DNA of 64,000 nucleotides from an uncultured Nitrososphaerales archaeon (GCA_963709405.1 CAVPXM010000021.1:128001-192000); one strand, 5' to 3'. Counted from the stretch's first letter, positions 47,314 to 59,446 are shown. Made by a program: numbers and translations. Notes: generated from the sequence alone by a model not told the origin.

Positions 47314-48024
47314 GTGTTACCGCCTTTGTCGGGACTTGGTGAAAAGTATTGGAGGGAAGTAATACTAGTGCTGCGTTACGTCATTCCGGTCTACGACAAA
47401 GTCAATTCGGCTATTTCATTAGGTAAAGATACCAAATATCGTCGTTTAGGGCTGGAAGGGCGGATACTGCCCAAAAGCATCGTGTTAGACGCAGGATCTG
47501 GCTATGGGAACATGTCTAGGTTGGCACTAGAGGAAGCGAATGGAGATCTGACCCTGATAATGTATGATCCAATCATGGACATGCTTATAAAAGCAAGGCA
47601 AATGTTTGATAACAAGTTTTCGGCATCGTTATCTTCCGGCATATTTGAGTATATGCCATTCCAAAGCGGTGTTTTTGATGCTATACTCTGTGGATATTCA
47701 TTACGCGATGCAATTCATCTTAAACAATCAATCTCTGAGATGCATCGGATCTTAAGAGATGGAGGTGTACTCGTCATTGTAGACCTGGGAAAACCGGACG
47801 CTTACTTGAAACGACTATTTGTCTCATTTTACTTGAGATATATTCTCGGGATACTAGCTTATGCAGCTGCCGGTAAAGTGGGGCTTAAGTTCAAATCGTT
47901 ATATGGGACGTACATTAAATGGCCTCGTAATTCAGAGCTTAGAATATTATTACAAAGGTTTTCTAGAGTTGAATTTAAGACTAGACTTATGGGGGGCGCG
48001 GTAATAATTGCTGCATACAAATAG
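47314..48024 (+). CDS. UbiE/MenG-type SAM-dependent methyltransferase
   Basis: YDKVNSAISLG, VLDAGSGYG, MPF..FDA, EMHRILRDGG. Confidence 0.85.
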   Translation: MLPPLSGLGEKYWREVILVLRYVIPVYDKVNSAISLGKDTKYRRLGLEGRILPKSIVLDAGSGYGNMSRLALEEANGDLTLIMYDPIMDMLIKARQMFDNKFSASLSSGIFEYMPFQSGVFDAILCGYSLRDAIHLKQSISEMHRILRDGGVLVIVDLGKPDAYLKRLFVSFYLRYILGILAYAAAGKVGLKFKSLYGTYIKWPRNSELRILLQRFSRVEFKTRLMGGAVIIAAYK

Positions 48025-48187
48025 TAAACATGGCAGCACCTTTTTGATGGAATCGATCATGACAAACAAGGGGACAATGGCATATGAGTGATTTTGCTTG
48101 CCGACTAATTAGTTAATTGTGTTTATAGTTTCTGATTAAATGAAGTAAAGTTAATTAGAAGCAGTTCTGCTTTTGGAGACATAATCA

Positions 48188-50305
48188 ATGAGCGTCAAAA
48201 TCAACCTTAAAGAAATGTTTGATAATGCAAGCACTCTCAATCAGAAAGTAATAACTGAAGAATCTTCAAAGAATCTTTTGACTGAATATGGGATCAAGGT
48301 ACCTCCTTATGCTCTTGTTACTACAGCCGATGAAGCGGAAAGGAAGGCTTCTGAAATCGGCTTTCCATTGGTTGCAAAAGTAGTTTCTCCAGAGATTTTA
48401 CATAAGACTGATGTGAAGGGGGTTAAGGTTGGGCTGAAGTCAGGTTCAGAAGCAAGGGCGGTCTTCTCTGAAATGTATGATAGATTGTCGAAAAAATATA
48501 AAGTCAAGGGCATCCTCTTAGAAAAAATGGTCCCATCTGGCGTTGAGATAATAATTGGTCTTCAGAACGATCCGCAATTTGGACCAGTTATAATGATGGG
48601 GCTAGGCGGGATTCTTACCGAGGTGTTTCAAGATGTATCCTTTAGAGTTCTTCCTATAACTGGGAATGATGCTGAGGAAATGTTAAAGGATCTAAGAGGT
48701 TCACAGCTATTGAAAGGATTCAGAGGATCAGAAGCCATTAACACTAGTGTCTTAAAGGAAGCGCTTTTGAACATAGGAAAGCTTGGTATTGATTTAGCAC
48801 CTTATTTTGAAAGCGTCGACTTCAATCCAGTAATTTTATATCCTCAGGATTACTACGTGGTCGATGCAAAGATTCTCTTACGGGATAATATTGATACTGA
48901 CATTGTTTCAGTGGCCAAACCTGACTCTCGGTATATGGACCTTTTCTTTAACGCCAAATCTATTGCATTGATAGGAGCCTCGCCAGAGGTCGGCAAAATT
49001 GGTAACTCTGTTCTAGAGAGTCTGGTCAAACATGAGTACAAAGGTAAAGTCTTTCCAATTAACGCTAAGGGCTATCAGGAGATAATGGGAATCAAAGCGT
49101 ACAGAAGTTTGGAAGACATATCAGAACAGGTAGATCTTGTCGTTGTGACGGTTGACCTGCGATTTGTTCCAGATCTGCTCAAAATTTGTGGATCAAAGGA
49201 TATTCACAATATGGTCATTATTTCTGGAGGTGGTAAAGAGTTAGGCGGAGAGCGAGCAGCAATTGAACAACAAATAAAGGAACTATCGAGCAAATTGGGG
49301 ATCAGAATTATTGGACCAAATTGCATAGGAGTATTCAATGGTGATAATCGACTCGATTGTGCATTCCAGGGTCATCAGAGGATGATAAGACCTAGAAAGG
49401 GAGACGTTGCATTTCTGTCCCAAAGCGGAACTGTGGGTATAGCATTTATGGAAACTTCCGATTCATTCGGCATGAGCAAGATGGTATCATATGGAAATCG
49501 ATCAGATGTAGACGAGGCCGACATGATCTGGTATCTTTCAGAAGATCCTGAAACAAAAGTGGTTGGCCTTTACGTAGAAGGATTTGGCGATGGGCGCAAG
49601 TTTTTGAATGCCGCTAAAGATGTAATCAAAGATAGGAAAAAGCCAATCGTTATTTTTAAGAACGGTCGCAGTTCGAGAGGTGCAAAACAAGCGGCATCGC
49701 ATACAGGATCCCTCGGAGGAACATATAAAGTAGTAAAGGGTGCGCTCGACCAAGCAGGAATTATCTCAGTCGATAGTTATGAAGAATTAACAGGATCTTT
49801 GAAAGCGTTGACCTGGCAACCAGTTCCTTTAGGTAATAGGATTGCAATGGTAACGAATGGAGCCGGACCTATCATAGCGGCAATAGATCAATTTGAAAGA
49901 CTTGAGCTGCAACTTGCGGAGATTTCCGAACAAACGAAACAGAAACTAAAAGATCACTATCCGGCGACTTATGTGATTGGTAATCCCTGCGATGTTACAG
50001 GTTCAGCCAATTCTAGCGACTATAGCTTTGCTATTCAATCCTTCTTAGATGACCCGAATGTTGATATCATAATGCCATGGTTTGTGTTCCAGGACGATCC
50101 CTTAGAAGAGAGCATTGTAGATGTACTCGGAGATTTTCAAAAGCTTATGAAAAAACCAATATTAGTAGGGGCTATGGGAGGACCGTTCACCCACAATATT
50201 TCGAGAAAATTGGAGGATAGGAATGTTCCAGTCTATCATTCTGTTACAACTTGGGTCAGCGCCGCAAGCACGCTTGCAAAGTGGTCTAAATTGACAAAGC
50301 AATAA
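48188..50305 (+). CDS. 3-hydroxypropionyl-CoA synthetase (ADP-forming), HP/HB carbon-fixation cycle
   Basis: N-terminal ATP-grasp ([16 protein letters not shown]) plus CoA-binding domain ([25 protein letters not shown]); domain order and motifs as recalled for the Nitrosopumilus Nmar_1309 enzyme. Confidence 0.88.
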   Translation: MSVKINLKEMFDNASTLNQKVITEESSKNLLTEYGIKVPPYALVTTADEAERKASEIGFPLVAKVVSPEILHKTDVKGVKVGLKSGSEARAVFSEMYDRLSKKYKVKGILLEKMVPSGVEIIIGLQNDPQFGPVIMMGLGGILTEVFQDVSFRVLPITGNDAEEMLKDLRGSQLLKGFRGSEAINTSVLKEALLNIGKLGIDLAPYFESVDFNPVILYPQDYYVVDAKILLRDNIDTDIVSVAKPDSRYMDLFFNAKSIALIGASPEVGKIGNSVLESLVKHEYKGKVFPINAKGYQEIMGIKAYRSLEDISEQVDLVVVTVDLRFVPDLLKICGSKDIHNMVIISGGGKELGGERAAIEQQIKELSSKLGIRIIGPNCIGVFNGDNRLDCAFQGHQRMIRPRKGDVAFLSQSGTVGIAFMETSDSFGMSKMVSYGNRSDVDEADMIWYLSEDPETKVVGLYVEGFGDGRKFLNAAKDVIKDRKKPIVIFKNGRSSRGAKQAASHTGSLGGTYKVVKGALDQAGIISVDSYEELTGSLKALTWQPVPLGNRIAMVTNGAGPIIAAIDQFERLELQLAEISEQTKQKLKDHYPATYVIGNPCDVTGSANSSDYSFAIQSFLDDPNVDIIMPWFVFQDDPLEESIVDVLGDFQKLMKKPILVGAMGGPFTHNISRKLEDRNVPVYHSVTTWVSAASTLAKWSKLTKQ

Positions 50306-50411
50306 CTCTACATACTACCTAACCAAATTTTTAGGTAATTACGCTTTAGGTAAAAATTTCAATAGTATTGAAAGCAAAAGTTATTATATTTATTAAGTCT
50401 AAATATAAGAA

Positions 50412-50762
50412 ATGGAGAGCACACAACAAAGCCAAGTCATAACGATAACCGCCAAGGCAGCAGAGAAGGTAGCTGAATTTATGAAACAGGAGGGAAATAA
50501 TAGCTTGTATTTGAGAGTTTATGTTTCTGGTGGTGGCTGCTCAGGTCTTTCATACGGTATGGGATTTGAAGAGAAAGCGGAGGAAGATGATAGCGTGATT
50601 GAGCAGAATGGAGTGAAGGTATTAATTGATGGCTATAGTCAAAGGTATCTAAAGGGGGCAAATGTTGACTACGTAGATAGTCTTATGGGTTCCGGTTTCA
50701 AGATCAATAATCCGAACGTTACGAAGAGCTGTTCATGTGGACATTCGTTCAACACAGAGTGA
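50412..50762 (+). CDS. erpA: A-type Fe-S carrier (ErpA/IscA)
   Basis: GGGCSGLSY, F.INNPN..SCSCGHSF. Confidence 0.93.
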   Translation: MESTQQSQVITITAKAAEKVAEFMKQEGNNSLYLRVYVSGGGCSGLSYGMGFEEKAEEDDSVIEQNGVKVLIDGYSQRYLKGANVDYVDSLMGSGFKINNPNVTKSCSCGHSFNTE

Positions 50763-50789
50763 CTCTGTACAAATAAATGAATAGTTAGG

Positions 50790-52064
50790 TTATGGCCATA
50801 AACCTCTGATCCTTGTTGCCTCGGCAACTTTCTCTATAGCTAATAGCGTACTAGCTTTTCTCATATTCACTCCGTGTTTTTCGTGAGCTTTATAAACATC
50901 ATCGAAGGCCTTTGAAATATTTTTATCCAGTCTTTCATTTACATCGGATTCTGTCCAATACTCCCTTCTAAGATTCTGCAGCCATTCGAAATAGGAAACT
51001 GTGACGCCACCTCCATTGGCTAAAATATCAGGTATCAACAGAACGTTGTTCTTGAACAATATTTCATCAGCTTCAGGGGTTGTCGGACCATTAGCTGCCT
51101 CAGCTACAATTTTTGCGCTTATTCTCGAAGCATTTTTTTGTGTAATTTGATTTTCAAGGGCAGCGGGTACTAGTATAGTGCATTCCGTCTCAATAATCTC
51201 CTCGCCAGACATAGCCTTGGATTCTGGATATCCGGTCACTGATCCATTCTTTTCCTTATGATTTCTCAAACCTTGCACATCTATACCCTTCTTATTGACA
51301 ACTGCGCCGTTAGAATCCGAAACCGCAATTATTTTAGCTCCCTGATCCTCAAGTAGCTGCCCGGCATATTGTCCAGCGTTCCCAAAGCCCTGTATTGCAA
51401 CTGTCGCAGTTTTCAAGTCTATTGATAATTTCTTGGCAGCTTCTCTTACCGTAAATGTTAATCCCCTGCCTGTCGCTTCGGTTCTACCCAATGATCCGCC
51501 TATAGCTAAAGGTTTACCAGTAATTATTTCAGGTTGACCAAAATTTCCTTTAAGTGCGGAATAAGTGTCCATGATCCAAGCCATTTCTTTCCCGCCAGTA
51601 TATACATCAGGGGCAGGAATATCTGTACGAGGACCTATTATATCTGCGATAGAATATGCGTACCGCCTAGTCATGCGCTCTAACTCTCCTTCCGACATTT
51701 CCTTTGGATTGCATATGATGCCTCCTTTACCGCCTCCGTAGGGGATATCAGCTATCGCGCATTTCCATGTCATCCACATGGATAGTGCCTTGACTTCATC
51801 TATTGTCACTTGAGGATGATATCGTATCCCGCCTTTGAAGGGTCCTCTGGCATCGTTGTGTTGTGATCTAAAGCCAGTAAACACTTCAATTTTTCCACTA
51901 TCTAACTTGACCGGTAGTGATACGATAAGGACACGTTTAGGATTAGCCAAAACATCGCGCATGCCAGTTTCAAGGTTTATTAACTCAGCTGCTTCATCCA
52001 ATTGTTTGAGTGCTGTCTCAAACGGGTTTACTGTCACATCGCTAGTTGATTTTGATTTTGACAT
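50790..52064 (-). CDS. gdhA: Glutamate dehydrogenase
   Basis: GPFKGGIRYHP, GGGKGG, DIPAPD, QGFGNAG, ANGGGVTVSYFEW. Confidence 0.96.
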   Translation of the reverse strand: MSKSKSTSDVTVNPFETALKQLDEAAELINLETGMRDVLANPKRVLIVSLPVKLDSGKIEVFTGFRSQHNDARGPFKGGIRYHPQVTIDEVKALSMWMTWKCAIADIPYGGGKGGIICNPKEMSEGELERMTRRYAYSIADIIGPRTDIPAPDVYTGGKEMAWIMDTYSALKGNFGQPEIITGKPLAIGGSLGRTEATGRGLTFTVREAAKKLSIDLKTATVAIQGFGNAGQYAGQLLEDQGAKIIAVSDSNGAVVNKKGIDVQGLRNHKEKNGSVTGYPESKAMSGEEIIETECTILVPAALENQITQKNASRISAKIVAEAANGPTTPEADEILFKNNVLLIPDILANGGGVTVSYFEWLQNLRREYWTESDVNERLDKNISKAFDDVYKAHEKHGVNMRKASTLLAIEKVAEATRIRGLWP

Positions 52065-52201
52065 CGTAGTGTTTGAAAAAATCGATATATTTAAGTGTTG
52101 AAAGTAGCTTTTTGTAACTGGGATCAGATATATATATACTTATCCATGATCTAAACTAGTGCCGTTTGAATTGTCTAGGCTCAGATTTTTCTAGCTTATA
52201 G

Positions 52202-52552
52202 TTATCTCTGCATTTTTTCGGATATCATAAGTCTTAGCTGCTCTTCGGTTGTAGTGTCGGAATAAGCAATACCAAGCGAGTCTGCAATTGCTGCCAATTT
52301 TTCCTTCTCGCTAGTAACTGGTCCGCTTGTCTTGGGTGACACAAAACCCATATCATTTGAGTAATCCAGATTTGCATTCTGCATTTCTTTTTTGAACATT
52401 TGATGAGCTTTTTGGTATTCTCCAGCTGCCTTCCCTAGCGTTCTTGATAGTTCGGGAATTTTCTTTGAACCAAATAGCAAAATCAACGCAAGTAAGATTA
52501 TGATTAGCCATTCTGATCCACCAATCTCTAAAAGGAACGAACCATATGACAC
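52202..52552 (-). CDS. tatA: Twin-arginine translocase TatA/E subunit
   Basis: EWLIIILLALILLFGSKKIPELSRTLGKA. Confidence 0.9.
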   Translation of the reverse strand: MSYGSFLLEIGGSEWLIIILLALILLFGSKKIPELSRTLGKAAGEYQKAHQMFKKEMQNANLDYSNDMGFVSPKTSGPVTSEKEKLAAIADSLGIAYSDTTTEEQLRLMISEKMQR

Positions 52553-52899
52553 AGGTACAATATTATATCAAGTCGAGGATAATTATAACTTTGCCTGCAG
52601 ATTACGTAAAAAGCAAAGATTTTCTTACTGATAACGAAGATCTGATCAATACTATTAAGAATATACATAATTATAAGGAAGATAGACCTGAAATTTGTTT
52701 TTGAGCAAATTCCTTTTCGCCAACCTAACTCGACAGCCGCTGGTTACTGCGATTCCATAACGAACTCAAAAATATAGAATACATTTAGTTTTACAACGAT
52801 TTTGGACCTGCTAAACAATGTCATCAATATGTTTACACTGGTACATGGAATATCACAAAAATTAAATGCTAGTGCTAGTGGAATATGATTTAAGTTCAA

Positions 52900-53337
52900 A
52901 TGATCTTTAGAACTATTGATCATGAGAAGCTGAATAGATTGCACAATTTCATCTACATGTTAAACAGGGAGTCAGAAAATGGCTCAGTTATTGTGGTTGA
53001 AGGTAAAAGAGATGTAAAAGCCTTAGCCATCGCTGGATTCAATGGGCATGTAAGCGTCTTTAATCACTTTAGGGGTGTCACAGATTTTGTTGACAGCCAT
53101 TCCTTAGACAAGAGGAAGATAATCCTGTTATTTGACATGGATAGAACTGGAAAGCATTTGACAAGAAAACTACTGAACCAGCTGCAGTACCGGGGAGGAC
53201 ACGTGAGTTTGTTGTATAAAAAGAAATTGGCTGGTATCGACAATGGAAAGATAAGACATGTGGAGGATCTTGCATCCTATGCACCATATCTTTCAGGAAT
53301 TACTGGTTCGAGACCTGACCTTTATTTCTATACATGA
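52900..53337 (+). CDS. Small Toprim-domain protein
   Basis: IVVEGKRD, LLFDMDRTG. Confidence 0.88.
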   Translation: MIFRTIDHEKLNRLHNFIYMLNRESENGSVIVVEGKRDVKALAIAGFNGHVSVFNHFRGVTDFVDSHSLDKRKIILLFDMDRTGKHLTRKLLNQLQYRGGHVSLLYKKKLAGIDNGKIRHVEDLASYAPYLSGITGSRPDLYFYT

Positions 53338-53422
53338 TTCTACTGTCAGTCAGCATGGAATATTGTCAAAGCACTTATATTCAAGCGATGACTCCGTAAA
53401 TTTACTTAATAATAATGAGGTT

Positions 53423-54681
53423 ATGAAATTGCCTAGTACCGGTATTGTAAAGTATCATGTTAAATTGAAGTTCGAGGTCGATGGTTTAGTTGAAAAAGCC
53501 GATATAATCGGTGCAATTTTTGGACAAACTGAAGGTTTACTTGGCCCGGAAATGAATCTAAACGAATTACAGAAAGTGTCTAAAGTTGGGAGGATCGAGG
53601 TAAATGTTGATACAAGATCTAACATGGCCAAGGGCGATGCCTTAATTCCGATGAGTACCGATATCTCGACCGCTCCGCACTTATAGCGGCTGCGATTGAG
53701 AGTATCGACAAAGTAGGACCATTTCAGGCCAAGTTTGCACTTGTTGGCATTGATGATATTAGAGCGATAAAGAAAAAGGTTATCGTTGATCGAGCAAAGA
53801 AAATAGTTCAGGATTGGGCTACGAAGACTATCAGCGAAGGGGAAGAGATGCTTAAGGATGTATATGATGCGAGTAAGCCTGGAAAGCTAACCGCGTTTGG
53901 CAAAGCGCAACTTGCCTGCGGGAGTGGGGTTTTTGATTCTGATTGGATTATTCTTGTAGAGGGACGAGCAGACGTGATAAACCTTCTTCGTGCTGGTTTT
54001 GACAATGCTATCGCTATAGAAGGGGCAAAAATAGATGAATCAATAACCAAGCTTACAGATGGAAAAAGAGTGGTCGCATTTTTGGATGGCGATCGGGCTG
54101 GTGACCTAATTCTAAAGGAATTGCAGGGTATGGTAAAAATGGATCGAGTAGTCAGGGCTCCACCGGGAAGAGAGGTCGAGGACTGTACTCCTTTGGAGGT
54201 CGCAGAAATATTACGGGAAGTTGCTCCTGCTAACATTCCCAGCATGGTCTCCACGGAACAACAACCGGATCGTAAACAACTCCACCGAAGAGATAGACAA
54301 GAATATCCAACCACGACCGAGCGCGAACCAATCCAACCGCAAACAGTTCCTGCTGAAAATGACCTCGAACCTCAAGATAATCAGCAAATTGTTTCAATTG
54401 TCAGAGATGTTTACCCTCAAATTAACGAAACCTTGGAAGCCGTAGTATTGGATGGTTCAATGAAAATACTCCTCAAGGTCCCCGTTTCCGATTTGCTAAA
54501 GCGGCTTGACAGCACTGAAGGTGCCAAAATATTGGTTCTAGATGGAATAGTGACGCAAAGATTGGTAGAAGCCGCAAATAAGGCTGGCATCGAATACATT
54601 GTAGGGCATAGAACAACTGAATTTAAGAAACCTCTCGACATAAAAATAAGAACATTTGGAGATATAGGAACAAGCATTTAG
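53423..54681 (+). CDS. dnaG: Archaeal DnaG primase-like protein (frameshift near 53675)
   Basis: KADIIGAIFGQTEGLLG, ILVEGRADV, FLDGDRAG, LDGIVTQRL. Confidence 0.95.
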
Positions 54682-54692
54682 TAGCAGGCCAA

Positions 54693-55394
54693 ATGTCAGA
54701 TGTCAACTTCGTCCAAGTAATCACATTAGCAGAACTCTTGATGATGGGAGCACGCCAAGGTTTCATAGAAATTAATACCAGCAAACTGGGAAAGCGGATA
54801 AGCAAATCGCAACAAGCAGCATCAAAACATCTTTTGGAATTAGAATCTCTTGGTTTTATAGTACGAACACGAACGGGTCAAAAATTCAAGGTGCGCGTAA
54901 CGGATCGAGGCTATAAGGAGATTGAAAACGTATCATCGCTGCTCAAATCAGCATTGGAAGCTCATTCATCCACACTCGTTGCATTAGAAGGCAAGGTGGT
55001 ATCGGGGATGGGAGAAGGTGCATACTACATGTCTCTAGATGGGTATAGGACACAATTCAGGCAGAAACTGGGTTATGAGCCATATCCAGGAACTTTAAAC
55101 GTCAAATTGGCGGAAGAAATTTTTATGAATTCCAGGCCGGACATTGAGAAATCCTCTTATGTCTATATTCAAGGATTCAATGATGGATCGCGCACTTATG
55201 GTTGGGTTAAATGCTATCCTGCAGACATCAACGATGGAGCAATTTCTGATTCGGCGATTCTGGTCTTGGAGAGGACGCATTATGACACAAGTCTGTTAGA
55301 AGTTATCGCTCCAGTCTGTATCAAAGATTATTTAGGAATACGCAATGGTGACAGAGTCAAGATAACAGTTCATTCTAACACGGTCAAGGGTTGA
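54693..55394 (+). CDS. ribK: CTP-dependent riboflavin kinase with N-terminal HTH (RbkR type)
   Basis: SQQAASKHLLELE HTH; GKVVSGMGEG, PYPGTLN, ERTHY, LEVIAP. Confidence 0.93.
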   Translation: MSDVNFVQVITLAELLMMGARQGFIEINTSKLGKRISKSQQAASKHLLELESLGFIVRTRTGQKFKVRVTDRGYKEIENVSSLLKSALEAHSSTLVALEGKVVSGMGEGAYYMSLDGYRTQFRQKLGYEPYPGTLNVKLAEEIFMNSRPDIEKSSYVYIQGFNDGSRTYGWVKCYPADINDGAISDSAILVLERTHYDTSLLEVIAPVCIKDYLGIRNGDRVKITVHSNTVKG

Positions 55395-55418
55395 ACTAAA
55401 TTAAATTTAATGTATGAA

Positions 55419-56042
55419 TTAAATTCCATATATGGATTCTCCCAGATCTTCTTTTATCTTAGAACTCTTAATCTTTGGTACCGGAGTGTTGAGCCTGATT
55501 ACCCTCGCACTCAGATTTCTTTTTCGACAGTTCTCCGCGATTTCTTTCTCACTGTGGGTCTGATCATATCCCAGTGCAATAATGTCAGGTTTTATAAATT
55601 CAACAGTGTCGTATAGGGAGCTTTCTCTGCCAATTACGGCTAGATCTACGAAGCCTAGGGATGACACTAATTCTCTGCGCAAATTTTCGTCATGATAAAT
55701 CTGTCGGTACTTCTTTATTTTAAGTGCAGTGGAAATTCGTGCAATAACCACTATCAAAACATCTCCATGTGATCTTGCTCCAAGTAGGGTGCGTATATGG
55801 CCAGGATGAATCAGATCAAATACGCCCCCTACTAAAACTACCTTGATAGCGTCTCGGCCAATAAAAGTGAGTCTTTCAGTGTCTTTTTCAACGAAGCCTT
55901 TCGCTACGAGATTTTCAATTCTGTTCTTAAAGACGTCGCGTGGCAAAGGAAAACGAGTTCTTATCCATTCCATTGGTGAAAGTGAAGGGTCTAATGAGCT
56001 TACATATAGCGACACTAGAATGGCCTTATCTGTCGGATCCAT
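55419..56042 (-). CDS. ribL: Archaeal FAD synthetase with N-terminal winged-helix-like extension
   Basis: GGVFDLIHPGH, KPDIIALGYDQ, SSKI; adjacent to riboflavin kinase. Confidence 0.85.
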   Translation of the reverse strand: MDPTDKAILVSLYVSSLDPSLSPMEWIRTRFPLPRDVFKNRIENLVAKGFVEKDTERLTFIGRDAIKVVLVGGVFDLIHPGHIRTLLGARSHGDVLIVVIARISTALKIKKYRQIYHDENLRRELVSSLGFVDLAVIGRESSLYDTVEFIKPDIIALGYDQTHSEKEIAENCRKRNLSARVIRLNTPVPKIKSSKIKEDLGESIYGI

Positions 56043-56800
56043 CTATTTAGAAAGGCTGAAACGATTTACATGCTTTAAACATTTCATTTTTGATCACTAA
56101 AGGATCAACTTAATACGCCACGATTATCATTCATTCAGTTTTATTATGGTATGTAACAGTTTAGCTGGCATGTAGAAGATAAGCCCCCCAATGCTTATCT
56201 CAGCAAATTATTAAATTTTAAGCGAATTGATTTAATGCCGAGTTTACATCGATTATGTTGTGGAAATTAAAACAAAGAGCATTCAGTGAAGTGGGGTCAC
56301 ACTCCATCTTTACATTTACCGTGTAAGGAGGCTAAAGTAAGATTTGTAATGAAAAGAACCATCCATATTGGGTTCTTTATTTGACATCAGTTGAATTGAG
56401 AATAGCCTGAATGAGAAGCTACGTAAGACTCATTTTGATCCGACAATAGTTGGATGTACACCTTCTATTTGACGTATGGCAATAGGGATCATTGCTAGTA
56501 AAGAATGTATAAACACTTAGTAGGACCAACAGGAGATTCCGATAAAATTTATGGAAAATCTATATTTTGACTAATAATATTAAAAACATGTGGATTTTCT
56601 TACTAAGAATTTGTAAAAACTGAACGAGCAATACTCGTCTAACTGAAGTTAGAAAGATTGTTCATTATAGCTTTTGCAAGATGCTGAACCACTGCCTTGC
56701 GCATATCTATGAATCTGACGATGCCAAGGACTTTTCGTATATCCTACATATGTCTATTGTAATAGTATGCTGATACGATGTTATTGAGGATAATGTAACT

Positions 56801-57076
56801 CTATTGAAATCGAATATCGTCGTACCCTTCATCCAGCCCCTTTATACAATTCGTTCCAAGAATTACTACGGGATTAAATTTTATCTTCCCCTTCGGTATT
56901 TTCGAACTGGATTGCAGATCTTGAATCCTGAGCTTTATGGCGTCTTTATGCAAATCGCAAACCGCCCCAATCATATATTCATCATTGTTGTTATCCTGGA
57001 CCGAAAGGATATAGTTAGGAGGCAAAGCACAATCGGTTTGCTGAGATCTAAAGGAACAGGACTTTGGTAGAGACAC
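56801..57076 (-). CDS. Small Cys-containing hypothetical protein
   Basis: SCSF..DCALPP..EYMIGAVCDLH..GTNCIKG. Confidence 0.65.
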   Translation of the reverse strand: MSLPKSCSFRSQQTDCALPPNYILSVQDNNNDEYMIGAVCDLHKDAIKLRIQDLQSSSKIPKGKIKFNPVVILGTNCIKGLDEGYDDIRFQ

Positions 57077-57327
57077 GTAACTGTATCTGGCTTGCTAGAT
57101 ATAAAACCGATTGTACCAGAAACAGCAGTATATCTTTAACAAATAAAATTCGCTTTCTCTAACTGAGGCTTCTCTTCCTTAGATCATTTCGATCTGTAAA
57201 GAGATTAACCTTCTTTTTATAAGGAGCCTCTCACTCAAGTTGTGCCTGCATACCTGCATACGCTCACAAATTTTAATATCCTCTTGAGATAATTTTCTGA
57301 CACGAAAATCATATTACGTTGGATCCA

Positions 57328-57353
57328 TTGGGCCTCAGAGGCATGAGGCCCAA
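57328..57353. other. GC-rich hairpin TTGGGCCTCA-N6-TGAGGCCCAA
   Basis: Perfect 10-bp stem in an AT-rich intergenic region ~140 bp upstream of the histidine kinase. Confidence 0.55.
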
Positions 57354-57494
57354 ATATGCGACAGCTTGGAAGACTATGAGAGGTCAGCTCCATAGAATTC
57401 TTCAATTATGCTAAAAGATATTTGTGATAAATATGATAGAAGATCTATATTCATACTTTATGTACCTGAATAGATTAAAGATAACTATCGACTA

Positions 57495-59351
57495 TTGATA
57501 AAGACAACGCTTACTAGGAGTAACCTTGCAATCCTTCTTACTATCGCAGCGATTGGGGTATTTCTTTCCGTTATTTCGTATCAGTATTCTACAATAACGG
57601 CCAACGAAATCTCACGGATCGCGTCAATGGATGTACGATCCAATGCAAAGATAGAGGCACATGACCTATCACAAATACTAGTCCACAGCATTGATTCATT
57701 AACAAATAACTTGCAAGCACTTACTAATGCTCCTCCATTTCAGAATACCAGTGATATCAAAACTGGTCAGGTGCTACTCAACGCAGCACAAGATTCTACA
57801 AAACAATTAACGGATGGCTACTATTGGCTGGATAGAGACGGTAGAATAGTAACCTGGAGTAATATAGGTCCAGAAACGTTAGAAAAGTACAAAGGATTCA
57901 ATCTTAGCGACCGCGAATTTTTGAAAGTCCCTAGAGATCTGCTTGTGCCGTACTACAGCAGCATATTCGAATCTCCAGATAAGATTCCTAGGTTGTATAT
58001 ATCCTATCCCATAATCGAATCTGACAAGTCCAAAATGAATACAGGTGTTAGTACTTCTGGTAATTCAAGCGATACAAGAAAGTTTGGAGGAATCATAATT
58101 GCGGCGATTAGTGTACAGACTATTGGAAAATTCTTACAGAAGGGATTATCGCCGTACTTTGTAAGTAGCTTGGGATTAATGGACAAGAATGGAGTTTTTA
58201 TATATGCAAGAAATCATACCCTTGTTGGCAAAAACTATTTGTCGGATGAGTTCCAGACCACTGTTCCTGAAGACGCAAAAAAATCATATAACAGTATTTT
58301 GAAACGATCGCTGGGAGATAGCCCCGGAGCTGAGGATGTGACTTTCCGTGGCAATACAAGCACTATATCTTATCAACCTGTCTTGATTAATGGGAAGCAT
58401 CTCTGGACCTTATTCATAGGATCTCCCCACAATTTGACCAGTGATGTGGGTTACTTAATAAACCAACTAAAGAATTTTAGTACGCTCGTAGTCGCAACCA
58501 TTGCCTCTATATCGATAGGTATGGCTTTTCTGATTCTATCCTGGAACCGAAGATTAAGAGCAGCAGTTAATGTTAGAACTAGCGAACTCAAGAACGCTAA
58601 TCAGTCGTTAGTCGAATCGAATAGGTTACTTGCGAGTGCGAACGAACAGTTAAAGGTGCACGATAGAATGCAAAAGGAATTCATTAACATCGCGGCGCAT
58701 GAACTGCGTACCCCTATAATGCCAATTTTGGGAGATGCCGAGTATATGGAAAGGCAGTTCAGCACGAAGGCAGAACCTGCACATCTTGATAATGAGCAAA
58801 TACGGTCGATCATCCGCAACGCGAAAAGGTTAGATCGACTTGCCTCTGATATTCTGGATGTTACTAAAATAGAAAGCAAGAGCCTTAAGCTTCACAAAGA
58901 ATTGTTCAATTTAGATGATGTTCTGGTGGCGGCAGTACATGATGTTAAACAACAGATTGCAAACAACTCAGATCTGCGTGATAAAATTGAAGTCCTTTAC
59001 AAACCCACCAATGTTGATATCATAGCAGATAAGGGTCGACTGTACCAGGTCATCTCCAATCTTCTTAGTAATGCGGTCAAATTTTCTGAGAGAGGGTCGA
59101 TTTCAGTAGATGTCCAAAGATCGGAGACGAAGGTTACAGTCAGCGTTAGAGATGCTGGCCTAGGAATAGATTCTGAAATTCTACCAAGACTATTTTCTAA
59201 ATTTGCAAGTAAATCCGAGAATGGCACGGGTTTAGGGTTGTTCATTTCGCGAAGTATTGTAGAAGCTCACGGCGGAAAAATTTGGGCCAGTAATAATGGC
59301 ATCGGCCCGGGTGCAACTTTTACTTTTTTTATTCCATTAAACGATAGTTAA
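57495..59351 (+). CDS. Membrane sensor histidine kinase with Cache-type extracellular domain
   Basis: Two TMs, H-box AAHELRTP, NLLSNAVKF, DAGLG, GTGLGL. Confidence 0.96.
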   Translation: MIKTTLTRSNLAILLTIAAIGVFLSVISYQYSTITANEISRIASMDVRSNAKIEAHDLSQILVHSIDSLTNNLQALTNAPPFQNTSDIKTGQVLLNAAQDSTKQLTDGYYWLDRDGRIVTWSNIGPETLEKYKGFNLSDREFLKVPRDLLVPYYSSIFESPDKIPRLYISYPIIESDKSKMNTGVSTSGNSSDTRKFGGIIIAAISVQTIGKFLQKGLSPYFVSSLGLMDKNGVFIYARNHTLVGKNYLSDEFQTTVPEDAKKSYNSILKRSLGDSPGAEDVTFRGNTSTISYQPVLINGKHLWTLFIGSPHNLTSDVGYLINQLKNFSTLVVATIASISIGMAFLILSWNRRLRAAVNVRTSELKNANQSLVESNRLLASANEQLKVHDRMQKEFINIAAHELRTPIMPILGDAEYMERQFSTKAEPAHLDNEQIRSIIRNAKRLDRLASDILDVTKIESKSLKLHKELFNLDDVLVAAVHDVKQQIANNSDLRDKIEVLYKPTNVDIIADKGRLYQVISNLLSNAVKFSERGSISVDVQRSETKVTVSVRDAGLGIDSEILPRLFSKFASKSENGTGLGLFISRSIVEAHGGKIWASNNGIGPGATFTFFIPLNDS

Positions 59352-59446
59352 TATCTATCTATCTATCTATCCATACTGGGTCATATCCCGGTACGATCAC
59401 CCCGTCTATGCATGTACTTCAAATCTCTTGAAAAGTTGACCTGCGA

